Assembly: GCA_963828165.1 (NCBI GenBank)
Contig: CAWHDR010000001.1
Coordinates: 1,811,543-1,875,542, forward strand
Reading direction: 5' to 3'
Length of the DNA: 64,000 bases
From: an uncultured Chloroflexia bacterium
GTDB lineage: Bacteria; Chloroflexota; Limnocylindria; Limnocylindrales; CSP1-4
Under the pieces are notes generated by a model. The model did not search any database and was not told the DNA's origin. It worked only from the letters and a program-made list of their open reading frames with translations. Shown in pieces: positions 35,808-44,900 of this stretch. Position numbers and translations under genes: made by a program. Position 1 is the stretch's first letter. The number at the start of each line of letters is the position of its first letter.

Positions 35808-36923
35808 TCAACCGGGAAGGCTGAACCAGAAGCGGGTCATTCCTTCGCGCGACTCCGCGCCCACCCGGCCGCCGCTGCCCTCGACGAGCTGCTTCACGAT
35901 CGCCAGGCCGATGCCAGCGCCGCCGCGCGCACGGTCGCGCGATTTCTCGACGCGATAGAACCGCTCGAACACCCGATCGAGGTCTTCGAGCGGGATGCCC
36001 TCACCCGTGTTCGAGATCGAGACGAGGAGGTCACCCGGCCGCCGCTCGGCACGGACCGTGATGTCGCCACCGGCCGACGTATACCGGACGGCATTCGAGA
36101 GCAGATTGGCGAGCACCTGGGCCAGGCCGTCAGGGTCGGCTCGGGCGGGCAACGTGTCCGGGACCTCGGCCCGGAGCGTGAGGCCGGCGCGTTCGATCGC
36201 GGGCGCGGCGAGGTCCAGGGCCGACCTGACGGCGGCGGCGAGATCGAGCTCGACGGCGACCGACGGGGTCGTTCCTGCATCGCCCTCCGCGAGCGCGTCG
36301 AGGGAATGGGACAGCCGGACGAGTCGGTCGGCCTCCTCGTGCAGGGACTCGTAGGTCGCCCGGTCGGCGACGATCACGCCGTCGCGTAGGGCCTCGAGGT
36401 AGCCCTGAAGGTTCGTCAGTGGGGTCCGCAGCTCGTGGGCGGCATTGGCGATGAAGTCGCGCCGCATCTGCTCCTGCTGCTCGAGCGATGCGGCCATCTG
36501 GTTGAACGAGTCGGCGAGGCTGGCGAGCTCCTCCGGTCCCTCGCGCGGGACTCGGGCGGCATAGTCGCCGTCGGCGATCCGTCGGGCCGCTCCACCGATC
36601 TCCGCCAAGGGCCTCGCGAGCATGCGTGCGAGCACGACCGCCAGGCCCACGCTCGCGAGCACCGCGACCACCGACGCTGCGATGACGACGGTCGTGACCG
36701 AATCGTCGTACATGTCCCGCGCGTGCTCTGCGGAGTCGCCGGCCTCCATCATCAGAGCGGTAAACACGTCCGCCCCGACGACCGCCACACCCACGGCCAG
36801 GATCACGAGCCCGACCGCGGCCGACGCGATGGCCGCCAGCGCGATCCGACCGGCGATCCCGCGCGCGATCACGTCCGAACCCTGCACGTCACTGTGGGTG
36901 GCACCATCGGAATAGACCCGCAT
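35808..36923 (-). CDS. sensor histidine kinase (TM-HAMP-HisKA-HATPase)
   Basis: Two TM helices, HAMP (LARPLAEIGGAARRIADGDYAARV), H-box FIANAAHELRTPLTNL, N-box LLSNAVRYT, and G-boxes NTGEGIP / GGAGIGLAIVKQLV. Confidence 0.85.
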   Translation of the reverse strand: MRVYSDGATHSDVQGSDVIARGIAGRIALAAIASAAVGLVILAVGVAVVGADVFTALMMEAGDSAEHARDMYDDSVTTVVIAASVVAVLASVGLAVVLARMLARPLAEIGGAARRIADGDYAARVPREGPEELASLADSFNQMAASLEQQEQMRRDFIANAAHELRTPLTNLQGYLEALRDGVIVADRATYESLHEEADRLVRLSHSLDALAEGDAGTTPSVAVELDLAAAVRSALDLAAPAIERAGLTLRAEVPDTLPARADPDGLAQVLANLLSNAVRYTSAGGDITVRAERRPGDLLVSISNTGEGIPLEDLDRVFERFYRVEKSRDRARGGAGIGLAIVKQLVEGSGGRVGAESREGMTRFWFSLPG

Positions 36924-37010
36924 GGGTCCACACCGTTTCCGTCGTTTCTGGCCACCACCGGCGCACGTTCATTCGCATCTGGTCACTGCCACCGACGGCC
37001 TGCACGTCCG

Positions 37011-37769
37011 TCACGTCCGGGCGGCTCGATACCCCACGCCGCGGACCGTCTGCACGTAGCGCGGCGCGTCTGGATCGTCGTCGAGCTTGTCGCGCAGCCG
37101 GCGGATGTGGACGTCGATGGTCCGATCGAGCACATCGGCCGCATCCTGGCCATAGACCGCATCGAGCAACTGGTCGCGCGACAGCACCCGTCCGTCGGCA
37201 CCGATGATCGCGGCCAGGAGCCGGAACTCGACACGCGTGAGGTCGATCGCCGCCTCCCCGCGCCGGACCTCGTGGCGGGATGGGTCGATCGTGAGGTCGC
37301 CGTGGCGGATGACCGAACCCGCGACGGCGCCGCCGGTCGAGGGCTCAAGACCGACTGGCGCCGCCCGCCGCAGGATGGACTTCACGCGGAGGACCAGCTC
37401 GGCCGGCGAAAACGGCTTGGGCAGGTAGTCGTCGGCGCCATCCTCAAGCCCGGCGATGCGATCGATCGTCGAGCTCCGGGCCGACAGCACGAGGATCGGC
37501 GTGTGGGCCGCCTCCTCATCGCGGCGCACAGCGCGGATGACGGCCCTCCCGTCCAGTTCGGGGAGCATCAGGTCGAGCACGACGAGCGCCGGCTGATGCG
37601 TTTCGATGGCCTCGAGCGCCGCGGGCCCATCCGCGGCGGTCACGACCGTGAACCCGTCGCGCTCCAGGTAGGTCCGCACCAGCCGGACGATCTTTGCGTC
37701 ATCGTCGACGACGAGGATCGGGGCCGCAGGGATGGTCGGGTCAGTCAGAAGAGCGGGCATCGCGAACAT
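37011..37769 (-). CDS. OmpR-family response regulator
   Basis: Receiver domain (ILVVDDD..VVLDLMLPELDG..YLPKPF) and winged-helix output domain (..LTRVEFRLLAAI..VQTVRGVGYRA). Confidence 0.9.
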   Translation of the reverse strand: MFAMPALLTDPTIPAAPILVVDDDAKIVRLVRTYLERDGFTVVTAADGPAALEAIETHQPALVVLDLMLPELDGRAVIRAVRRDEEAAHTPILVLSARSSTIDRIAGLEDGADDYLPKPFSPAELVLRVKSILRRAAPVGLEPSTGGAVAGSVIRHGDLTIDPSRHEVRRGEAAIDLTRVEFRLLAAIIGADGRVLSRDQLLDAVYGQDAADVLDRTIDVHIRRLRDKLDDDPDAPRYVQTVRGVGYRAART

Positions 37770-38021
37770 GGTAGGCCGAGCCTATGGGTCCGCCATGTCG
37801 ATCCGGTGACGCGGAGGCCCCGCCGATCGCGGCGCGTGCGCCCGGCGCTCCTATCGTCGATCGAAGGTTTGACCGGTCGACATTCGTGCATCACACGCAT
37901 CCCATGACGAACGAGACGTCCGATTGCGAGGTCGCGCGCCCGCTTCCAGCCGTTCGTTCGCTGATAGGAGCATGCGGTGCACGGACGGAGAACGAAACCA
38001 CCGGTCGGCTCATTTTTGGTC

Positions 38022-38050
38022 TTGTCGCACTAGAACAAGTGTTCTAATCT
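38022..38050 (+). promoter_or_regulatory. imuA' promoter (-35 TTGTCG, 17 nt, -10 TAATCT) with the LexA box in the spacer
   Basis: TTGTCG at 38022-38027 and TAATCT at 38045-38050. The ATG at 38060 lies 10 nt downstream, so the mRNA is probably leaderless. Confidence 0.45.
38031..38046. promoter_or_regulatory. LexA (SOS) box TAGAAC-AAGT-GTTCTA
   Basis: Perfect 16-bp palindrome containing the GAAC-N4-GTTC core of Gram-positive/actinobacterial LexA operators, 14 nt upstream of imuA'. Confidence 0.7.
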
Positions 38051-38059
38051 AGTCGTCCG

Positions 38060-39170
38060 ATGACGACCCCTCGTGGCGATGTGGATGCCGCTCTGGCGGG
38101 CCTCCAGGCTCGATGGGGAGCGGCAGCTCCGAGGGTCGTGGGGGCACTGGCGTTGGCGCAGGCGGTGGCCCTCCCCGACGAGCAGCCACGGTACGAGCCG
38201 GGCCTCGACGACAGCCGGGTCATCCACACGGGCTTCGCCGCGCTCGATGCGATCCTCGGGCCCGGAGGCCTCCCGAAGTCGGCCAGCGTCGCGATCCGCG
38301 GCGACGGCTCCAGCGGCCGGACGACGCTCTCCCTCCGGGTCGCCGCGGAAGCCCAGGCGGGGGGCTCGGTCGTGGCCTGGCTCGACCTGTCGCGCAGCTT
38401 CGACCCGGTCGAGGCCGTCGCCCGCGGCGTCCGGCTCGAGTGGCTCGTCGTCATCACCCCGGCCAGCCTGGACGAAGGCTTGTCGATCGCGGGCAGCCTG
38501 CTGACGGGTCGGTCGGTCGACATGCTCGTCCTGGACCTGCCCGGCGGTCGGCTGGCGAAGACGGACAAGCCGGCCAGGGTCGCCGATCGACTCCATCGAC
38601 TCGCCGCGCTCGCCCGCCGCGCGGAGACCCTGCTCCTGATCCTCGATGCGCCCGGACTCGCCGGCGGCCTCGCGACCGCGGTCGCCGAGTCGACCGGCAT
38701 CCGGCTCGAGCTGGCTCGCCGGTCGTGGGTCCGCCTGGGCCGCGATGTCGTCGGCCAGCGCACCGAGGCGATCGTCGCGCACAACCGCCACGGACCGCCG
38801 GGGCGCAAGCGCGACCCTCCGGATCCTCTACGCCGAGGGCGGCGAACGGGACGCCTGTCTCGCGCTCGACACCCTCCTCATCGAGGGGGCGCCGCTCGGG
38901 GCGCCCATACCGGTGCCAATCGGCACCGTCAACCCGAACGAGGCCCCCGATCGAAAGACCCACGACCATGCGACGTCTCCACCTCTTCGTCCCGCATCTG
39001 CCCCTCCACCTGGCGCGGGCCCGACGCTCCGAGCCCTTCCCGACCGGCCCGCTCGTGCTCGGCGGTCGGCCGTGGGATCCGGGGCCGGTCATCGACGCCG
39101 ACCGGACCGCTCGATCGCTGGGCGTCCGGCGCGGCATGCCGCTGGCGAGCGCCCATCGACTCGTCCCTGA
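38060..39170 (+). CDS. imuA: RecA-fold SOS mutasome protein ImuA', reading frame interrupted, end uncertain
   Basis: RecA/KaiC-like core (..HTGFAALDAILGPGGLPKSASVAIRGDGSSGRTTLSL..VAWLDLS..MLVLDL..) in the frame from 38060. The conserved C-terminus (ATLRILYAEGGERDACLAL) is in the frame of ORF 38646..39170. Junction near 38805-38815. No stop triplet in any frame before the imuB ATG. Confidence 0.65.
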
Positions 39171-40222
39171 GGCGACCTTCATCGAGCCCGATCCCGACGC
39201 GGACCGGGTAGCGGCTGAGACCGCGTTCGAGGCGCTCGGCGCGTTCAGCCCGAGCCTGGTCGGGGAGTGGCGACCCGATGGACGCCGCATTCGGGCTGTT
39301 CGAGATGGGGATCGATGGCCTGGGGCCGTTGTGGGGTGCCGAGCCGGTGCTCGTCGAGCGGGTCAGTTCCGCGTTGCGTGTCGCCCTCCCCGGGGAGCTG
39401 ACGCCGCGGGCCGGGGTCGCCGGCACGCATTTCGCCGCGACCATCGCCGCGGTCCATGCCCGTGCCGGCTCGCCGGTCGCCGTCCCACCCGGCGACGAAG
39501 CGGCGTTCCTCGCGCCGTACCCGTCCGGCCTCCTGACGACGGACCTCGACGTGCGCGCTCGATTGACCCGGTTCGGGCTACGCGAGATCGGCGCCGTGGC
39601 GGAACTGCCCAGGTCGGCGTTGATCGCCCGGTTCGGGGACGAGGGTGCCCGGCTGCACGCCCGGGCGCGTGGTGAGGAGACCGAGCCGTTCCGGGCGCGT
39701 CATGCCCCGGAGCGCCTGGCCCTCGCCCTGCCCATCGAGCCACCGGTCGAGGACCTCGAGCCACTGCGGTTCGTGCTCCACCGGCTCGTGGCCGCGATCA
39801 CGGCTCAGCTCACGACCCTGGGACTCGCCGCGGACCGCGCGCACCTGACCCTGGAGCTGGACCTGGCCTTCGCCGCGCGCGGGACATCGCCGCGGATCGA
39901 GGTCGAACAGCGCTTCCCGGAGCCCACCGCGGACCCCGAGGCCGTCGAGCGGCTGCTGTTCGCGCGGCTGGAACGGGAGCCGCCGCCGGCGGCGGTGCAA
40001 CGGCTGGAGCTGGAGTTACGGGGCACGACCCAGGCCGCTGGCCAGCAACTGCCGTTGTTCGTGCCACAGGCCGCGCGAACGGCTCGGCTCGGCTGGCAGC
40101 TCGCGAGGCTGGCGCTGACCTACGGGGAGGATCGCGTCCGGCGGGTCGCCATCACGGACCCGGAGGCGCCACTCCCCGAGACCCGCTGGGCGTGGCGGCC
40201 GGTCGGGCTGGAGGGGGAATGA
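38968..40222 (+). CDS. imuB: Y-family-polymerase-like mutasome protein ImuB, reading frame interrupted
   Basis: The N-terminus MRRLHLFVPHLPLHLARA..LVLGGRPWDPGPVIDADRTARSLGVRRGMPLASAHRL..AFEALGAFSPSL is in the frame of ORF 38113..39675. The remainder (..DAAFGLFEMGIDGLGPLWG..LRFVLHRLV..) is in ORF 39278..40222. Junction around 39262-39280. Confidence 0.8.
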
Positions 40223-40467
40223 CCCGGCTGCTGCGCGAGCACCCCGCGATCGACGTCGAGCTCGATGCCGACGGTCGCCTGACCGCGATCCGCTGGAACG
40301 GCCGGCGCGAGGTCGTCGAGGTCTGCAATCGCTGGCGGGTAGAAGAATCGTGGTGGCGCGATCCGATCGCGCGCGACTACCTCAAGGTCGTCGGAGAGCG
40401 ATGGCTCGCGCTGGTCTACCTGGACCGCATCTCCGGGACGTGGCACCTGGAGCGGCTGTACGACTGA
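40219..40467 (+). CDS. 82-aa conserved-looking small protein translationally coupled to imuB
   Basis: The ATG at 40219 overlaps the imuB TGA (ATGA). MTRLLREHPAIDVELDADGRLTAIRWNGRREVVEVCNRWRVEESWWRDPIARDYLKVVGERWLALVYLDRISGTWHLERLYD has a beta-rich, Trp-rich composition. Confidence 0.6.
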   Translation: MTRLLREHPAIDVELDADGRLTAIRWNGRREVVEVCNRWRVEESWWRDPIARDYLKVVGERWLALVYLDRISGTWHLERLYD

Positions 40468-40611
40468 ACGTCAGCGCCCGCGCCCGATGCGGCCGAGGTG
40501 CATGTCCTGGAACCTGCGAGTCCTGTCGCGAAGGCGGCCGCGCCCCGGCTCGCAACCAGGGCCGGATCCAGGCCCGGTCGGTCGTCGCGTCTCCGCTCAT
40601 CCTCGCCGCTC

Positions 40612-40716
40612 TCAGCGGATCGGCGCACCCATCGTCAGGGTCACGACGAACAGGATGAGGAACATGCCGATCACGAGGACCAGCACGCCGATATCTCGTG
40701 GTTGCGCCGACTGCAT
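40612..40716 (-). CDS. 34-aa single-TM peptide (hypothetical; below the ORF-track cutoff)
   Basis: Hand translation: MQSAQPRDIGVLVLVIGMFLILFVVTLTMGAPIR. GGGGGAGG 4 nt upstream of the ATG at 40716. Confidence 0.35.
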   Translation of the reverse strand: MQSAQPRDIGVLVLVIGMFLILFVVTLTMGAPIR

Positions 40717-40862
40717 TGCGCCTCCCCCACGGCTGCGCAGGCTCGGGTCTCCACCGCCCGAGCCGTGTCAGCATAGACGCGCGAGCGTGTTCATGTGTCG
40801 CGCCGATGCACCGCGATCGTCGCGCCGACGCACCAGATCCGTGGCCGAGTCGGCGGGACGGC

Positions 40863-41366
40863 TCAACCCATCGGACAGGCCGCCCCATATCGGACGACCA
40901 CGAAGGTCAGACCGCCCATCGGCCGGACCGATGTCTGGATCCGGCAGTCACCCCGACCGACCGATTCGATGACGAAGCCGCCGTCCTCCAACGGGCCCGA
41001 AAGCGACTCCGTCCGCAGCGCCGCGGTCTCGAGCGCGTTCTGCATCCAGCCCGCGATCTGAGCGGTGTCGTCGTTGTCGACGGCGTAGGTGCCGCTGACC
41101 GGTTCCGGGCTGATGTCGTCCGCAACGGTCGACGTCGGGAACCTCGGGAACCCCGGTGGGAGCTCGTCCCAGATGCGACCCCAGTCGGTCTCGGTCTGGG
41201 TCATGGCGGCAGCGGTGGGCTCGACCGACGGCGCCAGGGACGGCCGGTCCATGGGGGTCGCATTGGTCGTCGAGTCGTGCGTTCCGCAGGCCGCGAACGC
41301 CAGGGCGGCGACCAGCATCGCGACGAACGGGAGGGTGGGACGGGAGCGGAGATTCCGCGTCTGCAT
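40863..41366 (-). CDS. putative lipoprotein
   Basis: MQTRNLRSRPTLPFVAMLVAALAFAACGT.. has a signal peptide with a lipobox-like LAFAAC. 167 aa. The ORF opens at 41402. Confidence 0.65.
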   Translation of the reverse strand: MQTRNLRSRPTLPFVAMLVAALAFAACGTHDSTTNATPMDRPSLAPSVEPTAAAMTQTETDWGRIWDELPPGFPRFPTSTVADDISPEPVSGTYAVDNDDTAQIAGWMQNALETAALRTESLSGPLEDGGFVIESVGRGDCRIQTSVRPMGGLTFVVVRYGAACPMG

Positions 41367-41571
41367 GCACCCGAGTCTAGGCCGAACCGCTGATGCGCCC
41401 ACCTAGCCCTGGCGACCCTTGACAGACGGCGTACTGTTCGGTCCTGACCGCCGTGTGGAACACGGCGATCTCGGCGACATGGCGTATAGGCACATCGGCG
41501 CCTGTCAAGCCGGACGCGCCCGAAGCGGCTCTTGGGGGAGCCCCTTCGGGCGTCGTCGATTCCCGGGCGTG

Positions 41572-41607
41572 GCAGGACCCCGTCACCCCCAAGCGACGGG
41601 GTCCTGC
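41572..41607. other. strong GC hairpin in an unassigned 310-bp spacer
   Basis: 13-bp perfect stem GCAGGACCCCGTC-(10 nt)-GACGGGGTCCTGC, about 108 nt downstream of the 32-aa minus-strand ORF. No U-tract. Confidence 0.3.
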
Positions 41608-41714
41608 GGGCCAGAGTCCGCTGCTCACCAGCGCTCCGGCGGGTCGGCGCCGACCATCGCAGTCGTTCGCCGCCTAGATCGTCTCGTGCCCCCAGGCCCC
41701 GAGACTTATGAGTG

Positions 41715-41813
41715 CTAGATCGCCGCCGCCTGGACCGCGATGACCGCGGGCAGGAGGACGAGGATCAGGAGCATCGCAACCACCACGGCGACACCGCTCC
41801 GGAGCGCGGCCAT
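41715..41813 (-). CDS. 32-aa hydrophobic peptide ORF (47 aa if started at 41858); speculative
   Basis: Hand translation: MAALRSGVAVVVAMLLILVLLPAVIAVQAAAI. No convincing Shine-Dalgarno sequence. Lies divergent to dnaE2, 46-91 nt from its LexA box. Confidence 0.25.
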   Translation of the reverse strand: MAALRSGVAVVVAMLLILVLLPAVIAVQAAAI

Positions 41814-41903
41814 GACGACCGGTCGCAGCGGGTGATCGAGGCGGATGGGTGCGTGCATGCCGGTGAGACGCCGAACCCCTCGATTGTGTTTCGTGATTCC
41901 TAC

Positions 41904-41919
41904 TAGAACGTTTGTTCTA
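41904..41919. promoter_or_regulatory. LexA (SOS) box TAGAAC-GTTT-GTTCTA
   Basis: Perfect 16-bp palindrome with the same extended flank (ACTAGAAC....GTTCTA) as the imuA' box. It overlaps a TATACT -10-like hexamer (41918-41923) and lies 44 nt upstream of the dnaE2 GTG. Confidence 0.7.
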
Positions 41920-41962
41920 TACTAGCAGGCCCTGCAAGCCCCGGCCCCCGACCGGAGAACCC

Positions 41963-44900
41963 GTGGCCACCATCCCCTACGCCGAGCTCCACGCCCACAC
42001 CAATTTCTCGTTCCTCGATGGGGCCTCGCCACCGGACGAGCTGGTCGAGCGGGCCGCGGCGATCGGCCTGGCCGGGTTGGCCGTCACCGACCGCAACGGC
42101 CTCTACGGCACCGTCCGTTTCATGGGCGCAGCCGAGGAGATCGGCATCCACGGCATCGTCGGGACGGAGATCGAGCTGCTCGATGCCGGCGTCTCCGACC
42201 CGGCCGGCGTGGTCGTCCCGTCGCGGCGTCAACGGCGACGCGCGCGAACCGCGGCCACGCCGACCACGGAGTCGATCGTGGCGGAAGGCCATCCGTCCCG
42301 GCCCCGCCCCGAGCGCGCTCGTCTGCCCGGCCACCGCGACCCGGTCAAGGAGGACCTGCGCGGGATCGGCGAGCGGGCGCGTGGCCCGCATCTCGTGCTG
42401 CTGGCCCGCTCGGCGACAGGCTGGCGGAGCCTGTCGCGACTCATCTCCCGCGCGAACCTGGCCGGGACCAAGGGCGTGCCGCGCTTCCGCCAGGCCCTCC
42501 TCGACGAGCATCACGAAGGCCTCGTGGCGCTGTCGGGTTGTCGCCACGGGGAGATCGCGCGTCGTCTGCGGGTGGGCGATCGAGCGGGGGCCCGGGCGGT
42601 CGCGGAGCGCTACGCGACGCTGTTCGGGCGTGGCGACGATCCCGCCTCGAGCGGCTTCTTCATCGAGCTCTCGCATCACCTGCTGCCCGACGACGACTGG
42701 CTTGTGACGGAGTCGGCGGCGCTCGCCGCCGAGCTCGGACTGCCGGTCGTCGTCACCAACGATGTCCACTACGCCACGCCCGACGATCGAGAGCTGCACG
42801 ACGTCCTCACCGCGATCAAGCATGGCCGGACGCTCGAGACGCTCGCCGACCTGCGTCGGCCGGACGGCGAGTCGCACCTCAAGACAGGCGACGAGCTGGC
42901 GGCGCTCGGCGCGTCATTCGACCCGGAGCCGGCGCGGGCGTGGCGAGAGGGGATCGCCACGTCGGTCGAGCTGGCGGCGTCGTGCACGGTCGATCTCGGC
43001 TTCGAGCAGTACCGCTTCCCGGGCTTCCCGGTGCCCAAGGGCGAGACCCCGTTCTCGTATCTCGTCGAGTTGTGCCAGGCCGGCGCCCGGAAGCGCTATC
43101 ACCCGCTGACCTCGGCCGTCGTCAAGCGGCTCGCCCACGAGCTCGATGTGATCGAGCGGGCCGGCCTCGCCGAGTTCTTCCTGATCTGCTGGGACCTGAT
43201 GCGGTTCGCCAGGGAGCAGGGGATCCCGGCCCAGGGTCGGGGCAGCGCGGCGAGCTCGATCGTGGCCTACACCCTCGGGATCAGCCGGGTCGAGCCGATC
43301 GGGCACAACCTGCTTTTCGAGCGGTTCATCAACGAGGGTCGGACGACCTATCCGGACGTCGATATCGACTTCAGCTCGGCACGAAGGGAGGAGGTCATCC
43401 AGTACGTCTACAACCGCTACGGACCGGAGCACACGGGGATGGTCTGCAACCTCGTGACCTACCGAGCGCGCTCGGCGGTTCGCGAGGTCGGGGTGGCACT
43501 CGGGTTCCCGCGGCCGCTCGTCGATCGGGTCGCCAAGGCGCTCGAGACCTACGACTCGGTCATGGTCCGGCGCGACCTGGAGGCGGACGGCGGCTTTGCC
43601 GAGTTCTTCAAGCGGACGGGCGAAGGGGAACCAGCCGAAGCGCTGGCGGCGATGGAGGCCGAAGGACATGGCCTGGTCGACAGGATGGGCCAGCTCAACA
43701 CCCGCATCCCGCTCGTCGGGAAGGTGCCGCCATGGCGCCAGCCGCAGGCGCCGGCGGACCCGGATGCGCCGAAGCCGTTCGCCTGGCTGCGCGACCTCGA
43801 AGGGGACGAGCGGCCGCGGGTGTCGACCCGGCCGCGGGTGTCGACCCGGCCGCGGCCGGGTTTCGCGACGATCCGCTGGCGCCGCGGACGGCGATCCGGG
43901 GTGGCGGCACGTCCGGTGACGAGGGTGGGCCCGGCGACACGCCGGCGAGCGTCGCCTGGCTGCGCGCGGGGAAGGGAACCGGGTACGCGGAGGAGCGCGA
44001 TCGCCTCGTGCCGCCGACGCTCGTCGAGGGTCGAGCCATCGATCCGGAGAGTGGCCAGGTCGAGCCGCCGCCGCGCCAGACCGACCGGCTGGGCAGGCCC
44101 ACTCGCTGGGATCCGCCGCCGAACGCTCCGAGGTCCAAGGCGGAGCCCCGCGACGCCATTGGCCTGAGGATTCCGCCTTCCCCGCCAGCGGCGGCGATGG
44201 GTCGGGGTGGGTCGGCGGGTCAGTCGTCGGTCGCTCGCATCGAGCCCGAGGCGCCGCCGCAGGCCCGCGGCGGTTCCACGGTCGGCCTCAGCCATTGGGA
44301 GCGCTGGCTGGAATTCTGCGCTCGGATCGATGGCTTCCCGCGCCATCTCTCGATCCACAGCGGCGGCATGCTCGTGACGGCGGCCCCGCTCATCGACATC
44401 GCGCCGCTGGAACGGGCGACGATGCCGGATCGCGTCGTCGTCCAGTTCGACAAGCGCGATGTCGAGACGCTCAAGCTGATCAAGCTCGACCTGCTCGGCC
44501 TGGGGATGCTGGCCGCGATGGACGAGACGCTCCAGCTCATCGAGCACGACTGCGCGGTCTGTCTCGATCTCGATCGGCTGCCGGAGGACGTGCCCGAGGT
44601 CTTCGAGATGCTCCAGGCGGCCGACACGGTCGGCGTCTTCCAGGTCGAGAGCCGGGCGCAGATGCAGACGCTGCCGAAGTCGCGGCCGCACAACCTCGAC
44701 GACCTCGTGGTCGAGGTCGCGATCATCCGCCCCGGCCCGATCCAGGGCAACGCCGTCCACCCGTACCTGCGGCGCAAGCAGGGCCTGGAGCCCGTGACGT
44801 ACCTCCATCCGTCGCTGGAGCCGGTGCTGAAGGACTCGATGGGCGTGATCCTCTACCAGGAGCAGGTCATGCGCATCGCGATCGAGGTCGCGGGGTTCAG

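Noticed and set aside
37784-38047. 87-aa plus-strand ORF in the spacer between the response regulator and imuA', and a 40-aa minus-strand ORF starting next to the LexA box at about 38010.
   Set aside because: Third-codon-position G/C is clearly lower than in real genes here (about 60-70% by hand count, against well over 80%). There is no Shine-Dalgarno sequence. The region is the AT-richer divergent promoter zone.
41912-41962. The ATG at 41912 (MFYTSRPCKPRPP..) as the dnaE2 start, as given by the ORF track.
   Set aside because: That ATG lies inside the LexA box/-10 region and the first 17 codons are off-frame-like. The GTG at 41963 has a GGAG Shine-Dalgarno sequence and begins directly with the conserved ..IPYAELHAHTNFSFLDGAS PHP motif.
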